A DNA stretch of 64,000 nt from Veleropilina oligotropha (lineage: Eukaryota), in assembly GCA_048128005.1 (NCBI GenBank), contig JBEUKZ010000089.1, positions 62,001 to 126,000 on the forward strand. Direction: 5' to 3'. This document shows positions 42,460-55,479 of this stretch, piece after piece. The notes under the pieces were generated by a model, which saw only the letters and a list, made by a program, of their open reading frames with translations, was not told the origin of the DNA and ran no database searches. The position numbers and the translations under genes are program-made. Each line of letters begins with the position of its first letter. Positions within the stretch are counted from its first letter, which is position 1.

Positions 42460-43374
42460 TCATTGACTAATATATCTACTGTAGCAATCTGATGACCAAC
42501 GGCCCAACGTTTTGATTAAATGATCCTCAATGGAACAAGCAGCTGCAGTAGTTGCTGCTCCTATTCTAAATGAATGGCCACTGTATCCAGTGGATGTGAA
42601 CCCCGTGACTGATAGCACACGTCTCAAACAGGTGGTGAAGTAAGCTCTAGTAAGTGGCTCACCGTTTGCACAAATGAATAATGGATCGGTTGGTTCGCAG
42701 CCATGAGCTGAGCGTAAAAGAAGATACCTGTGCATGGTTTTCACTGGACAAGCAGTTACATTAGCAAATAACTGGATATGTACCCCTTTCCTAAAAGGAT
42801 CAGTTTTTGATGCTTTCAAGATCAGGGCGAGTTTATTTTCTGACATTACTACGTCATTTATACAAATTCCCATTGCAGGATTGAAGGGCAGTTTCCGAAT
42901 TGTAAATTCTCCACATCTGAGAAAACCGTAAAAGGCAATCGAGCAAACACATTGTAGCATAACATCATTAAATGGAGATACTACGCCTAGATTAAGTGTA
43001 TTAACAATTTTGCGCAAAATATCACCAGTTATGGGCAGTCGAGTAGGCCCTCGATGAGGCTGCAATCTTTTAATTGCGTGACAGATCACCTGAAGCCGTG
43101 AAAAAGATAATCCATTCCCGTAAGTAAAAGGATTGCTGACCACAGCTTTAGTGTAGGCAAATTTAATGGCAGTAAGGTATAGCTTAATGGTGGTAAATGT
43201 AATGCAAAGTACAGCATGGCGATGCACTACAAAATAGATTAAAATATCTTCGGACACGGACGGTAAAGAGTTTTGGGGTATATCTACATTGTTCAACAAC
43301 AAGAATCGCTTGAAACACGTCATGCCAGTCCGATAACTGTCTCTTGTTGATGGAGCAAGCGCAGAATCCCACAA
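42460..43374 (-). CDS. Tyrosine recombinase
   Basis: FYGFLRCGE (R), SKTDPF (K), GHSFRIGAAT (HxxR), LGRWSSDCYSRY (W, Y). The TGA at 42460 may be premature, as ESELQQAQHAMGGK* follows. Confidence 0.92.
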   Translation of the reverse strand: MWDSALAPSTRDSYRTGMTCFKRFLLLNNVDIPQNSLPSVSEDILIYFVVHRHAVLCITFTTIKLYLTAIKFAYTKAVVSNPFTYGNGLSFSRLQVICHAIKRLQPHRGPTRLPITGDILRKIVNTLNLGVVSPFNDVMLQCVCSIAFYGFLRCGEFTIRKLPFNPAMGICINDVVMSENKLALILKASKTDPFRKGVHIQLFANVTACPVKTMHRYLLLRSAHGCEPTDPLFICANGEPLTRAYFTTCLRRVLSVTGFTSTGYSGHSFRIGAATTAAACSIEDHLIKTLGRWSSDCYSRYISQ

Positions 43375-43391
43375 TTGAGTAACCGACTCTC

Positions 43392-44860
43392 TTAGAACAA
43401 CGTGGTTTCTGAGAATGTAGGCAACTTCTCTGGAGTTGGTTTCGCCCAGGGTGCCAATGTGCGAAATTTCTGGAAGTTAAATCGGGATAGAGCATCAGCT
43501 ATACAAATTATTTGCACAGTAGCCGAATTGTCACAAGAAAACACTATTCCTTTACAATTCCATGTGTGGCCCCACAAAATGGCTGCGACAACAATTGTAT
43601 ATAATTCCAATAATGCTAAACAAGTAAGTTTGGGATCCAGGGTTCGAATATCATCTGTCCAATCTCCAAAAAACCACTTGTCACCAAAAATACCACCAAA
43701 TCCACAAGATCCGTGTATAACGATAAATCAGAGGCCAACGTTCTGGTATCTGACATAAACATGTTGCTACCATTCCACGATTGCAAAAAAGTCAACCAAA
43801 GTTGCAGTTCCGATTTGCACAACGCACTTAGACTGATCCTGTGATGTAACTCTTTCACAGAAGTTGATAACTGTAAAATATATGAAATGAAACTTCTGCC
43901 AGGGACAACCACATGCGCTGCGAAGTTCATGTGTCCCAGCAAAGATAACAATTCACGTTTGGTGCATTTCTTTCGGAATAAAAACAAAGATATAATTTCA
44001 GTTATCCGATAGACTTTGTTTCGTGGCAATCTGGCTTCAAAGTTTTCTGTATCAAGTACTATACCCAAGTACTCGAGACATGTAGTAGGTCCAACAGTCT
44101 TTTGCGTCGATAGTGGAAGAATATTCAACGTACCAAACAGGGTAATCATATTGTTCATAGTTTTATTAGCACATTAGGTGGATTGACAGTTAAAAAGTCA
44201 TCAAGAAGATGATATATACAAGGCACTGCAAAGTTATTGATTGCAATCCAACATGCGGCTTGTGAAAGATGATCGAATATTTTAGGGCTCGACCTCGATC
44301 CAAACACTATCCAAGAGAAGAAATAGTACTGTCCCTGCCATTTTATACCATGAAATGGCCAAAGCGATGGCAGAATAGGCACTTGCTTAAACGCGTCTTT
44401 TATATCAAATTTACACAACAACGTTCCAACACCCAAACTACGAATCTTGCTAATTACATTATCCACTGTGGTGTGCGATAGTGAAAAAGAATCATTTAAA
44501 CTAAGTTCCTCCTGCTTATGAGGAGCAGACAGGTCCACAATGAGACGTTTCTTAAAGGAATACTTGTGTTCCGCCAAACCTAACGGATTAACGCGATAAA
44601 TGTCGAAAGAAGATGTATTGAAAGGTCCGATTACATACCCATTTGACACTTCTTCATTTAATAATTCTGACACAATCGATTTGTTAACATGAGCCGATAG
44701 ATTGTTCGGGCATTCCAAAGTGACAGTCGGTAATGGAGAAATGCCAGTGTCAAAACCTAGCGACATGCCATTACACAAGTAGTTAACGAAATTAGTATCA
44801 GGGTGGGCAGCCAGTTCTCGTTGGAGAGTGTCAACGTTAACTGGCGTAGTTGGGAGTCAC
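43392..44860 (-). pseudogene. DIRS/Ngaro reverse transcriptase-RNase H
   Basis: RLIVDLS, KFDIKDAF, FGSRSSP, HLLDDF, EYLGI, SLLGHM, LYTD, LELY, CDN, IADALSR, split over several frames. Confidence 0.87.
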
Positions 44861-46323
44861 TTGTGCGAGGGTTGAGATTGGTGCGTAGTAGGGCACGCTG
44901 TGGCCATGTGTGGGCCTTTACAGGTAGTACAAAGGTGAACGAAACGACAAACCACCCGCGTACATCGACCAGCATTGAAGTTGTTGCACACTTCACGACC
45001 AGTGCTCAAATCGAGGTCGCCCACGAATGTCCATTAGATTGGATTTGGAAGTCGTCGTCTTGGCTCCTTCACAAAATCCGGTCATGTGTAATGCGCTATT
45101 GCAATCTTGACATGAAATTCCTCGTTGACCAGCCGTGATTTTATTAAACAAGGGGGTATCACGCACAGACCAGTCAAGCTTGATATTATACTGTTCTAAG
45201 ACCGTAGCGGCACGCAACAAAAAAGCTTGGTGGTATTCATAAAATATAGTACCTTTATAGTGGGTAGCCACATCTATTATGTCCTGTTGGTATAGATCAA
45301 GTTCTTCTCGTCTAGATGGGTAGGCCTCACACATTACCGATTTAGACATCTCGAATGCAGTTAAGAATTGCGGTGACGTGAGCATCTTATCTAGTCGGGT
45401 ATCAGAGTTACTCTTAATGCGTATTTCGTTACCTGAAGAGTCTAAAATAGATCGATATGATGCACCATCATAGTACGGGATTAGCAACATAGCTAGGTTT
45501 ATGTTCTTACCGGATACAATCCTGGTTCGTAACGCCGGCGCCAGACTCACTACGGGTGGCAAGTATTGTGATGAAACACCGAAGCGACCCCATTGTACGA
45601 TCGGCGAGCTCCTCGTAAACGTATTCGCTACAAGGTCGTTCGGCGCCTGCGACGACATAGCGGTTTGGAGGGAATATGGCGTAGGCGAGTTTATTGCAGC
45701 TGCAGATGGCATGGGGCTCGTTGTTTGGGCAGGGTGTGGGTGTGTCTCGGGCGAAGTAGTAGTAGGTTGCTCGCCGCGACCAATGATTTCAGGGCAGATA
45801 ACTCCGAGCGAATCGATAACAGAGCCGACACGAGATAATCGTCGGTAGTTTCCGGAAAGGTGTGTTGAAGTGTATCCGTCCACGGCGAAAGGCTGTGGTT
45901 CGGTTCGGGGGACGCAGAATGTGGCGTCTCTGAGACGAAATAGTCCCAGTTTCGTCATGATTTGTTGTTGGGTTACCGCTACTTTCGGCGGCGAAGGCAT
46001 CAAGTGAACGTTTGGCGTTCGCTGACAATCGGTCGCGTCATAGGGTTATTTAATTCTGTGACTTTCTGCAAGTCTTTGCGAGTAAACGATTTCGGGACGT
46101 TCACGCCATTGTTTGCTAGCTGTTGTCGCAACTCGTATATAGACCAGTTCTGCGGGTTGGAAACGTCCAAGTTTCGATTTCGTGTACGACGAATGCGTTT
46201 GGTCGGTGGTTGTGGATCCGAAGACGATTCGTCGTTAGTCGCTGCGATGGGCGCTTCATCGTTACGCCTAGTCGACTCGTTTACATGCCGCACGCGATTT
46301 CCAGCCCTTATAGGGCGATTCAT
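44850..46323 (-). pseudogene. DIRS/Ngaro ORF1 (gag-like)
   Basis: NWSIYELRQQL..G (SAP/LEM-like), I.SGKNINLAMLL, FYEYHQAF, DWS; alternative-frame C-terminal Zn knuckle CNNFNAGRC..C.FVHLCTTCKGPH..C; frameshifted. Confidence 0.75.
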
Positions 46324-47444
46324 AGTGAAAGGTTAACCCACGATAAAAACGCAATGCGTATCAATAAGATAATAGATGTAACTAGTTGTCAACAATTATA
46401 TTTAGTGTAATACAACTGCACACTCTGCTGGCCCAAAAACAACTGCCTAGATGCAGCAAGGCAAAGTCTGCCCCTAAGGCCTATGCTACAGGGCTTCATG
46501 ATTCATTACCAGGGCGTTACCAAGGTAACTGCACAGCAGTACAGTATTGTGAGAGAACCCAAACTCCAATTGTAGTAAACCACAAGTAACAATATATTCT
46601 TTGAAGTTCGACATCACTCTAAGAAATCGGTTGTGTTCTGGCATTTTACAATTAGAATCAGTCAGTAAATTACCAACCATGCGGAAGCACTGGTCGAGGT
46701 GTGACCACTGTCCCATCTCGAACGTGCTTCCGCACGGCTGAAATACGATGTTTACCAAAATGGTTTCGACTATGACTGGGTTTCCACCAAAAGGCCTGTC
46801 GTTGAATGCTAATATTCTAGTAGCGGGCAGCGATTTCAGCGGCGATTTTTTTATTATAAAGCAGCAAACAATGTAAGTTCTTTCACATTGAATCATCAAA
46901 ACTTTTTATAACATCCGCATATGTGTAAATAAGGTATTGTAGGGTATTATGCGATAATTACGGGCAATGCAACTTTAACTGACAATCTGCATTTCTTAAT
47001 GTCGCGTGATTTGGGCTGTCTAACAGCCTGCGGATCAGTTGTAAATGAAAGAACTTGGAACTGCTATATTCGATCTTAGGAAAAGGCAATTGAAGCATTT
47101 ATATCTTACCACTGTCCCAGCATTTGGGAAATTTCTCTGAATACTTTCAACTTTTTTGTCCAGTTCAGCATCACTTACTTACATCAAGTACTGTAACTGT
47201 CAATCGGTGATATTCATAACCTCACTTCACTTAGTTTCTTGTATATATCAACTGCTTAGAACATTTAAACTGACTTGCCATTTGTGGAGCTGTATAGTTC
47301 TCATGTCGTAGAAAACTTTTAACTGATCGTGTGAAATTTGCACTGATGGTCCTCAACGCTCACCTAATTAAATAAACAATATATAAATAAACTTACAAAA
47401 ATTTAGCAGATGAACAACTCAATGATGGACAAAAGAAACATGAA

Positions 47445-47830
47445 CCTGAATGGATCAATGCTTAATGTCCTGTATATTATCAAACATCAGGTTCAAAGCA
47501 GTAGTCATGTTCATATTATCGCGAGAGGAAACCCGGGGAAACCATCTCCAGCCAGTTACAGACAACTGTGATACATAACTGTTCAAAGAAATAATGGCAA
47601 TGATGCAACCGAGATGCAACCCACCATCTCCAGCCAGTTACAGACAACTGTGATACATAACTGTTCAAAGAAATAATGCCAATGATGCAACCGAGAATCT
47701 AAACTCACAACTGTTCGCATCAGCGGAATCAAGTCAATGATTTCAGAGTCTGCAACTGAAACCACACATCTGTAGCAGGGCCAAAACTCACTTGTGAACA
47801 ACCTACAAAAACACTCTGTTGAGCGACCAA
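47445..47830 (-). repeat. SINE-like family A copy with internal ~81-bp tandem duplication
   Basis: Homologous to 655-915. ACCATCTCCAGCCAGTTACAGACAACTGTGATACATAACTGTTCAAAGAAATAATG occurs twice (~47541 and ~47623). Confidence 0.65.
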
Positions 47831-48118
47831 CATGAACCTGAAGATAACTCTAGAATAAATATTATATAATACAAAGCTAGACGGATTTGTTTGATTAGAT
47901 GTACACATTAGACCTAGAGTATAATAAGTCATACGTTTCCATCAGGCAAGGTAATCTGCCTTGGGCGAGGTGATCAGATCAGCTGATAATCATAAGTGCC
48001 TATGTTGACCCTTCCGACCTGATTTAATATGGACCTGGTTGGCAGTGGTAGATATTATCAATGATTCAATATATTAGTAATTTCATTATTTGCACTCTTG
48101 TATAATATGTCATAGGTA

Positions 48119-48479
48119 CCATAAAGCTTCTAATACTAGTAATAGATGCCCGGGCGTTAATGATTTCAAGTAGTTCGTAGACCTGGCGTCTATTAATTTC
48201 GTTGAATATTCTGTACTCAGAACTTCACCTGCAGCTGGTGTCCAGGTCGACTTGTAGCCTTAACATGAAATCCTCGAATGCTGCTTTCAAGTGTTCAGAC
48301 AGACATTTAAGCATGTGAACACAGTAGCATATGCTTTTATTGTTGCTCTTGCCCGTTGCCATGGCATCAGGACATCTCTGACTGACCCAGCGACTATTAA
48401 TTTCAATACACTCGTAACCCCGAAGTCTATTAGAGGCCAACGTGATTTAGAGGCCCGGCAACTATTAGAAGCTTTACGG
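48119..48479. mobile_element. Tc1/mariner-like MITE
   Basis: TIR CC(A/G)TAAAGCTTCTAATA, flanked by TA at 48117-48118 and 48480-48481. Confidence 0.7.
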
Positions 48480-48684
48480 TACTCAAACAACCTTAAAGTA
48501 GAATTTGCTACTCTATCCATACTCAATAACACTGACCGATACTGTATGTTATAATCTCATAATCATAGGGAGGTCATATAGCATATCAATGACAATGTAA
48601 TTGTGAAGTTATGAGAAAATGTGGATCTTGATGTTAGGGAACAAATCGTAGGTAAAATTATAGTTCTCTTTGATGAAATCTGTA

Positions 48685-49111
48685 CCGATGTCGCAAAGTA
48701 TACCGTACAGCTGACTATACCGTACAGGTCTTATCTGTAATATCAATAATACATATTTTAATATCGCATCTTGTAATTCATGAACTTGTGGTTATGTCAC
48801 TATTGTTCACCTAATGGTCTTAAAATTAACATTTTTCCACTTCAATACATCAAAATGGTTACTATGGAGTATAAGTACTTGGGTGTTAATCGCGACCAGT
48901 AGCATAGGTAGATGAAATTACCGATTATCATTAATTTGCGTTATTCCGATGAAATTGCTCTTATAAATTAATTTAAGACCATCAGGTGAACAATAGTGGC
49001 ATAACCACAAGTCCATGAATTACAAGATGCGATATTAAAATACGTATTATTGATATTACAGATAAGACCTGTACGGTCTAGTCAGCTGTACGGTATAGTT
49101 TGTGACACCGG
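48685..49111. mobile_element. Foldback MITE with ~145-bp TIRs (Tc1/mariner-like)
   Basis: Long near-perfect inverted repeat (CCGATGTCGCAAAGTATACCGTACAGCTGAC.. / ..GTCAGCTGTACGGTATAGTTTGTGACACCGG), TA on both flanks. Confidence 0.85.
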
Positions 49112-51038
49112 TACTGACTAGTAATCAGGTAATGATTATTGTATTTGCTACATGGCCCGATAATGTTAATGTAAAAAATATTAAAGGACATTGACATACC
49201 ATTTGATTTTGTTCTGGGAGCTTTAAATGACCTATTTTCACCAGATGTGGAAGTATTTGCTATTTTCATCTCCAATTGGAAAATCAATGCGTCGATGGTA
49301 GCATTAATTGCACTCCTATCCTCTTCATTTATGTTTATTGTGGCGAACCGGAGCGGTCTCACAACGCCGCTTGTATGTTACCAAACCTTAATTCAGACAC
49401 GCAGTAGTCTCCCGTAACCGACAACTCGACAGATGTAAGGTAGCGTGCCCCAACTGTCGGTCACGTTAAACCACTGCAAGGCTGACTACAACAACAAGGC
49501 CAACTGGTTCCACCCATAATTCGTCTCATAGAGTAGCGATAGTAACGTTTACCAAATAATCTGTAAAGAGGAGCCAATGTATCATAGAATATTTAGTTAT
49601 TAAACTGCCACCACCAGAGTACATAGACACACCCAGTCCAGATTAAACATGAAAACGGCGCCACATGGATTCCTTACGAAAGTATATCGCATATGAAAAT
49701 GTGTGTTGTGACGGACAATACTCTCAATTTTCAGATAAACACAACGTCTTTTCCCAACGTAAACTTTGCTTCGCTCAAACCGTTATATATTCCAATCAAC
49801 AACAGATATCCAGAAACTAATATATTCGTTTATTAACCCTTTCCTTTTCATTACGCAACAAGCGTTGACAATATCACAATTTTATATAATTTCACTTGAT
49901 GGTATGTAGAATTTATAGTGATGTAACAATTTGCCATAATAAGGTTTAGTTAATGATTGAATTGCAACATTACAGCAGGAATAATTTGGTATAAACAGAA
50001 CGATAACAAGGTTTGAGTGCAACACTTTGTGACCGGAAATCGAATAGCGATTAAACTTTGAAAAAGTATTTAAATACAAAATAAGGGGAGAAAACATAGT
50101 TAATACCTCGACGGATAAATTTAAAAAAATTACTCTAGTAATAATTAAAGTTGAACCATGTCAACTAGCAAAACTGCAATATGTGAATCTTGAGTTATAT
50201 CATAAAACCCGATAACATGCATCCGAGGCCGAAAATGTCCGTCGACATAAACAAACACGAACACGACGTTGTCATCGCAATGACGATCGTTCTTCTAACG
50301 ATCTCGTCATTTAACAACCCTCACCACCAGAGTAGAATTCGATATATGTGATAGAGGCGTATTTTAGCACTCAATTCGGATCGACAACTCGCAGAGGTAT
50401 AGCGTACATAACTTTACGCACCAAGACACAAGATTCACATCATAAAAATTTAGAGTCTTGGAATAGAAAGAAATACATCCCCGCGTAATGAACTTAAGAA
50501 CGAAAATGCATAATAGCACTCAATAATTATATTACGTTTAACCGTTATATTAAGTTTATCGTATCGCGAGTAAAAAATAGCCATGTTACCATTAACCAGT
50601 AATTAAAGTTACCTCGCTAAAAGAATGTAAAAAATCACAAAGTGTTAACATTGGCATCAGTTAACAATTTAACTTATAGCAGTGTCATACATAATAATCT
50701 ACGAATAATAAGTTGAAGCTAAACATGCTATTTGACCAAGGCGGATACAATACAATCTTCACCGCGCGTACAATTGTCTTCGGTCTTGACCGCATACGTA
50801 AGGAAGGTTCGCAATTCGTCACCGCAAGGTCGACTGTATGATCCAAAGACGCGTAAGTTACAAACATAATTCTCAATAACCTATTACTAAAATAGAGCAT
50901 AGAATATAAATAATTATAAATAGCAGACGTAAATACCATAATTAAGATCATTTACCAGATAGGAAGGGAACATCATTATAGCAACCCCAGCTAATCACGC
51001 TGAGCAATTAAGAATTTGCCCAATTAGTGCTAATTAGC

Positions 51039-54000
51039 TTCAGTTCAGTTCAGTTCAGTCCCATGGCCGGTGATGACCGTCGGGGCATTTTGATGACAAC
51101 ACCGTCCTTCTCCACTTCTCCCGATCCTCCGCAACCCGCATGCATTCCACCACGCTCTTCCCCGTCCACTGCTCGACATCCGACAGCCATGTAGCCTTCG
51201 GCCTTCCCCTTCCCCGGACTCCATCTATTGCGCCATGCATTATTGTGTGGGCTAGAGATCCCACACATCGAGTGACATGACCGAACCATTGTAGTTTGCG
51301 TCGTCTTGCTACTTCCAGAAGTGGTTCGTAGTCACCGATCAATCCTCTGATTTTTCCTTCAACTTCTGCATTTGTCATCTTCATTTTCCATGTTATTCCC
51401 ATTATTCTCCGATAGCAACGTAGTTCAAAAGCTGTTATGCGTTTCTCCAATTTTTTACTGTACGTCCACGTTTCGCAACCGTATAGTGCAATTGACATTA
51501 TCAACGCTCTTAGCAACAATATTTTCGTTGGTCGGGATATTTTCTTGGCATTCCAAATTTTTTTCATTTTAGCTAGTTGGTTTGTAGCTATTGCAAGTCT
51601 CTTTTTGATCTCATTTTCTGAAGTCATTTCTTCATTTAGAGTGGAACCCAAGTATTGGAATGTCCTCACTTCTTCCAAGATGTGATCTCCCACTTTGATA
51701 TCCAATGGATTATTCGGAGTGTTTCCACGCGAGGTGACCATCACTTTACTTTTTTCTACGCTAATCTCCATTCCGTAATTTCTGGAATTTATATCTAGCC
51801 TGCTAGTAAGGTCAGATAGTTCTTCTTTAGAACCTGCAATCAGATCTATGTCGTCCGCAAACCTCGAGTTGTTTATCTGACGCCCTCCGACGGATATAGT
51901 TCCAGTGAATCCATCTAATGCATCTGTCATGATTTGCTCCAGATATATGTTGAATAAACATGGAGACAAGATACATCCCTGTCGAACTCCAACCGTTGTT
52001 TGGAACCATTCCATGTCGCTGTTGTTGGTTATCACAGCATTGCTATTGTTGATGTATAGCGTCTCAATGACTTTTACAAGTCCCGAGCCCATATTGTGCT
52101 TCTTCATTACTAGCCATAGTGCATCTCTCCAGACTCGGTCGAAGGCCTTCTTAAAATCGATGAAGTTATGGTGTAGTTCCATCTGGTGATTCCGGTACTT
52201 TTCCCCGAGAATTCTCACATTTCCGATCTGCTCCACCGTACTCCGACCACTTCTAAATCCTGCTTGTTCTTCGGACAAGATACTTTCCGCCTTCGTCTTC
52301 ATTCTGTTACTGATGACCCTTAGCAACACTTTGCTTGGATGACTAATGAGGCTGATAGTTCTGTAGTTGTTACATTTCCGCAAGTCTCCTTTCTTTGGCA
52401 ATGGTACTATCAGGGATTTTGTCCATTGAGACGGCCATTCTTTGGTCTTCCATACGGAATTGCAGATCTTATGCAACGCATCAATGGTGCTTTCTCCGCC
52501 CTGTTTGATAAGTTCTGCCGGGATGTTGTCGAAGCCTGCCGCTTTTCCGTTCTTCAAGTGTCTTACAGCTTCCTCAACTTCGCTTCGCAATATCTCTGGC
52601 TCCTCGTCTTCTTCTCCTGGACCTCCTTGTGCTAGGTTGACAAGGATCTCATCCTTTGTTGAAATAGGATAGTTGTACAGTTCTTTCACATACTCTGTCC
52701 ATCGTTCCTGAATTTTTCCACTTTCTGTCAGCATTTTCCCTTGTGAGTCCTCAATCACTGGCACTTTCGCAATCTTTTCTTTAGTGAGTTGTTTCACAAT
52801 ATCATAAGCAAGTTTAGAATTGTTGTTTTCAAACCCTCGTTGGATTTCATTGCACTTTATGTTCAGGAACTCGTCTTTAGCCTTTTTGATTTCTTTACGT
52901 ACGTTACTGTTGGCAGTTCTATATTTCTTCTCGCATTCTGTGTCATTGTATTTCGTGGCCTTCAGTTCTCTTCTTTCATCACATTTTTCCAGAATTTGAG
53001 CAGTCATCCACGGTTGTACCATTTTCCTTTCTTTCCCGAGCACGTCAAGAGCAGTCTCGTTCATTACGTCAGTGAATTACTGAATTTGTCTGTCATAATC
53101 TGCGTGTTTGTCATTTCGATAAGTGGGGCAAACCTCCCCCCGATTTGAATTATGAAAGCCTCTTGAACCTCTGGATCTTTCAGTCTTTTGATGTCATACT
53201 TCACACGCGTTGTTGGTGATCTCTTACTTTTCTTCAATTTCAGTTTCAACGTTGTCATAACCAGGTTGTGATCGCTGCCAATGTCGGCTCCTGGGAAGGA
53301 TCTTGTCTTGTTACCATTGATGCTACTCCCGCATCTCCTTTCCACCAAAATGTAGTCTATTTGGTTCTTTGTGACCCCATCCGGTGATGTCCACGTGACT
53401 CTTCTTGACAGCTTGTGGTTGTGACGTGTATTGGCAATGACCATATTATGCAACCTTGCAAATTCCAGTAACCGTAGACCTCTTTCGTTGGTTTCCCCTA
53501 GTCCGTGTTTCCCCGCTGTTTCTCGCCAGTTGTTGTGTGCGTCATTTCCAACTTTAGCATTCCAGTCACCCTCGATGATGGTGATATCTTTCTTTGCAAT
53601 GTTGCAGATAGTGGCTTCTAGTAGACTGTAGAAATCATCTATCTGGTCATCACTTGAATCTGATGTAGGAGCGTAAACTTGTATGATTGACATGTTTCTT
53701 GGTGTTGCATTCACTCTGATCCGTATGATCCTGCTTGATATCGGCTCACACTCCAACACTGAACTCACACATTCTTTATTCACAATGAAACCGACTCCTC
53801 CTTGATGTTTCTTTTCGTCACCACTCCACCATATCTTATGGCCTTCTTCTGTGATCATTTCACCTTTTTTCAACCACCTCATTTCCGAAATTCCAAGAAT
53901 ATTCCAATGGTATCTGCTCATCTCATGCTCTAGTTCATTCAGTTTCCCAACTGTGTGGAGAGTTCTAACATTCCACGTACCAATGGTAGTCTCTGTTTTC

Positions 54001-54567
54001 GCAAGTTTCAATTTCGTCCGTTTTTGGTTTTGGTGTTGCTCGCCAGTAGCCAATTTTTCGATACTTCCACCCTGGTGTGCACCAGTGGAAGACGCGGTCG
54101 TTGTTGACCCGGGCCTCGACCGATCCGGTGTCAGTGTAGTTTTCAGTGTCCTCATCATATGTTTCGATAGGCTGATAATCCGGTGGTGCCTAACTCCTCT
54201 CCGGATGTAGATGCCGTTGGTTCCCGGTGGAACTCCTCCGCCTTTGCAGGTTTTATTTTTCGTCCTGCTGGATGACTACGCACCCTCCTCACAACGTTCC
54301 GAAGATCGAAGTGGGGGAGCCGGTTTAGTCGCCGACAACCCGACCATGAACAGGTAGTACTGGATACATGGTACCAGTAGCATGTCTAAGACATCCTCAT
54401 AAACTGCTTCTTATGGCTACTTTTTCTTTTCAGAATGTCATGATATTTACATTGTTTGAAAGTTAATAAAATGTACTTGTACTAGTTACTGTCTCAGTGT
54501 TGTCTTTATTTAAAAAGAATACCTTTTGTTTGATTGAAGTCAAGCGTGTGGCGCATTCACTGCCCGA
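51039..54567 (-). mobile_element. RTE-clade (BovB-like) LINE, apparently full length
   Basis: (CTGAA)n 3' tail at ~51040-51058; candidate 10-bp TSD GCTAATTAGC at 51029-51038 and 54568-54577; single APE+RT ORF. Confidence 0.88.
51055..54158 (-). pseudogene. RTE APE endonuclease-reverse transcriptase, one frameshift near 53070
   Basis: IGTWNVRTL, GISEMRW, QVYAPT, GDWNAKVG, NQIDYILV, SDH; then NYRTISL, EEQAGFR, FIDFKKAFD, GVRQGC, RFADD, YLGS, YGCETW, RGRGRP. The two ORFs meet at 53064 in different frames. Confidence 0.92.
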
Positions 54568-55479
54568 GCTAATTAGCCGCTTTTGTCTTGTCTGCAAAAT
54601 GGGCCTGTTCACGTGGGCGCGAATGCGGACAGGAAATAACTCATGAATATTCATTAAAATTTTACACCAATGAAAGCACAAAGTTATCTTTTGCCCGTAT
54701 GTTGAAATATTTTTGTCCGATGAAATTTAAGAAACTTATGAAACTCCAAACTCTCAGCGATCTCAATGAATATTACAACGGTATGTACGATATCTTCATA
54801 TATCATTAAAAATATATTAATCTCTAGTTTATTTTGATATGTATATGAAGTTTGTGCGGCGATATTTAGTAACCCGCAAAAGGTCGCAAAGGTCAGCAAT
54901 GTTTATTTCCCAATATCCGCGAGCTGTGATGATCGGCCGCCATATTGGATTTCGATAGAAAATTGTCGCTAAATAAATTTGGCATTGCATATCTCGTTAA
55001 ATATCACTTTTGAAACTATTCCTTTAATGTTACTATTGTTTATATCCAATAAAAAGTCTTATTTGGTATATTATTTTATGAAATGTGTAATTTTAAATAA
55101 GAAATCGGGAAAATTGAATTTCTCCCCAGGGGGGATAACTTTGTTGTTGGTTATCAAATAAATCGCACATTTATCAAAATATTGGCCGGTAATTGAGGAT
55201 TAGGGCCATATTATTGCTTTTATTAATGATAAATATGATCAATGAATTAGTAGTATATTACATACGAATGAATTCGCATTTGTTCTGTAGTTGTTTATTT
55301 TAAAAATGCCGTATTTACAATGACATAAAATTGCATGATTTCATAAACTATAGGCTTATCTAGTAATTCAACTTTTGTAGATTATATCTTTGTGAAATAT
55401 CCATAGGGGAACATAATCATTACATTAACCAATTATATATTATGTAGTTTTACACAGAAAGTAAAAATGGAAATTTTCT

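Larger units (their letters stand above)
42420..46330 (-). mobile_element. Tyrosine-recombinase retrotransposon (DIRS/Ngaro group), decayed; terminal repeats not resolved
   Basis: Gag-like ORF, RT/RNase H and YR in that order on the minus strand. Confidence 0.88.

Noticed and set aside
46386..46899. 137-aa minus-strand ORF as a possible upstream HECT-gene exon
   Set aside because: No recognisable motif or convincing splice sites; left unassigned.
48225..48554. Three overlapping short ORFs as integrase exons
   Set aside because: They lie within a TA-flanked MITE, and the flanking exons join in phase without them.
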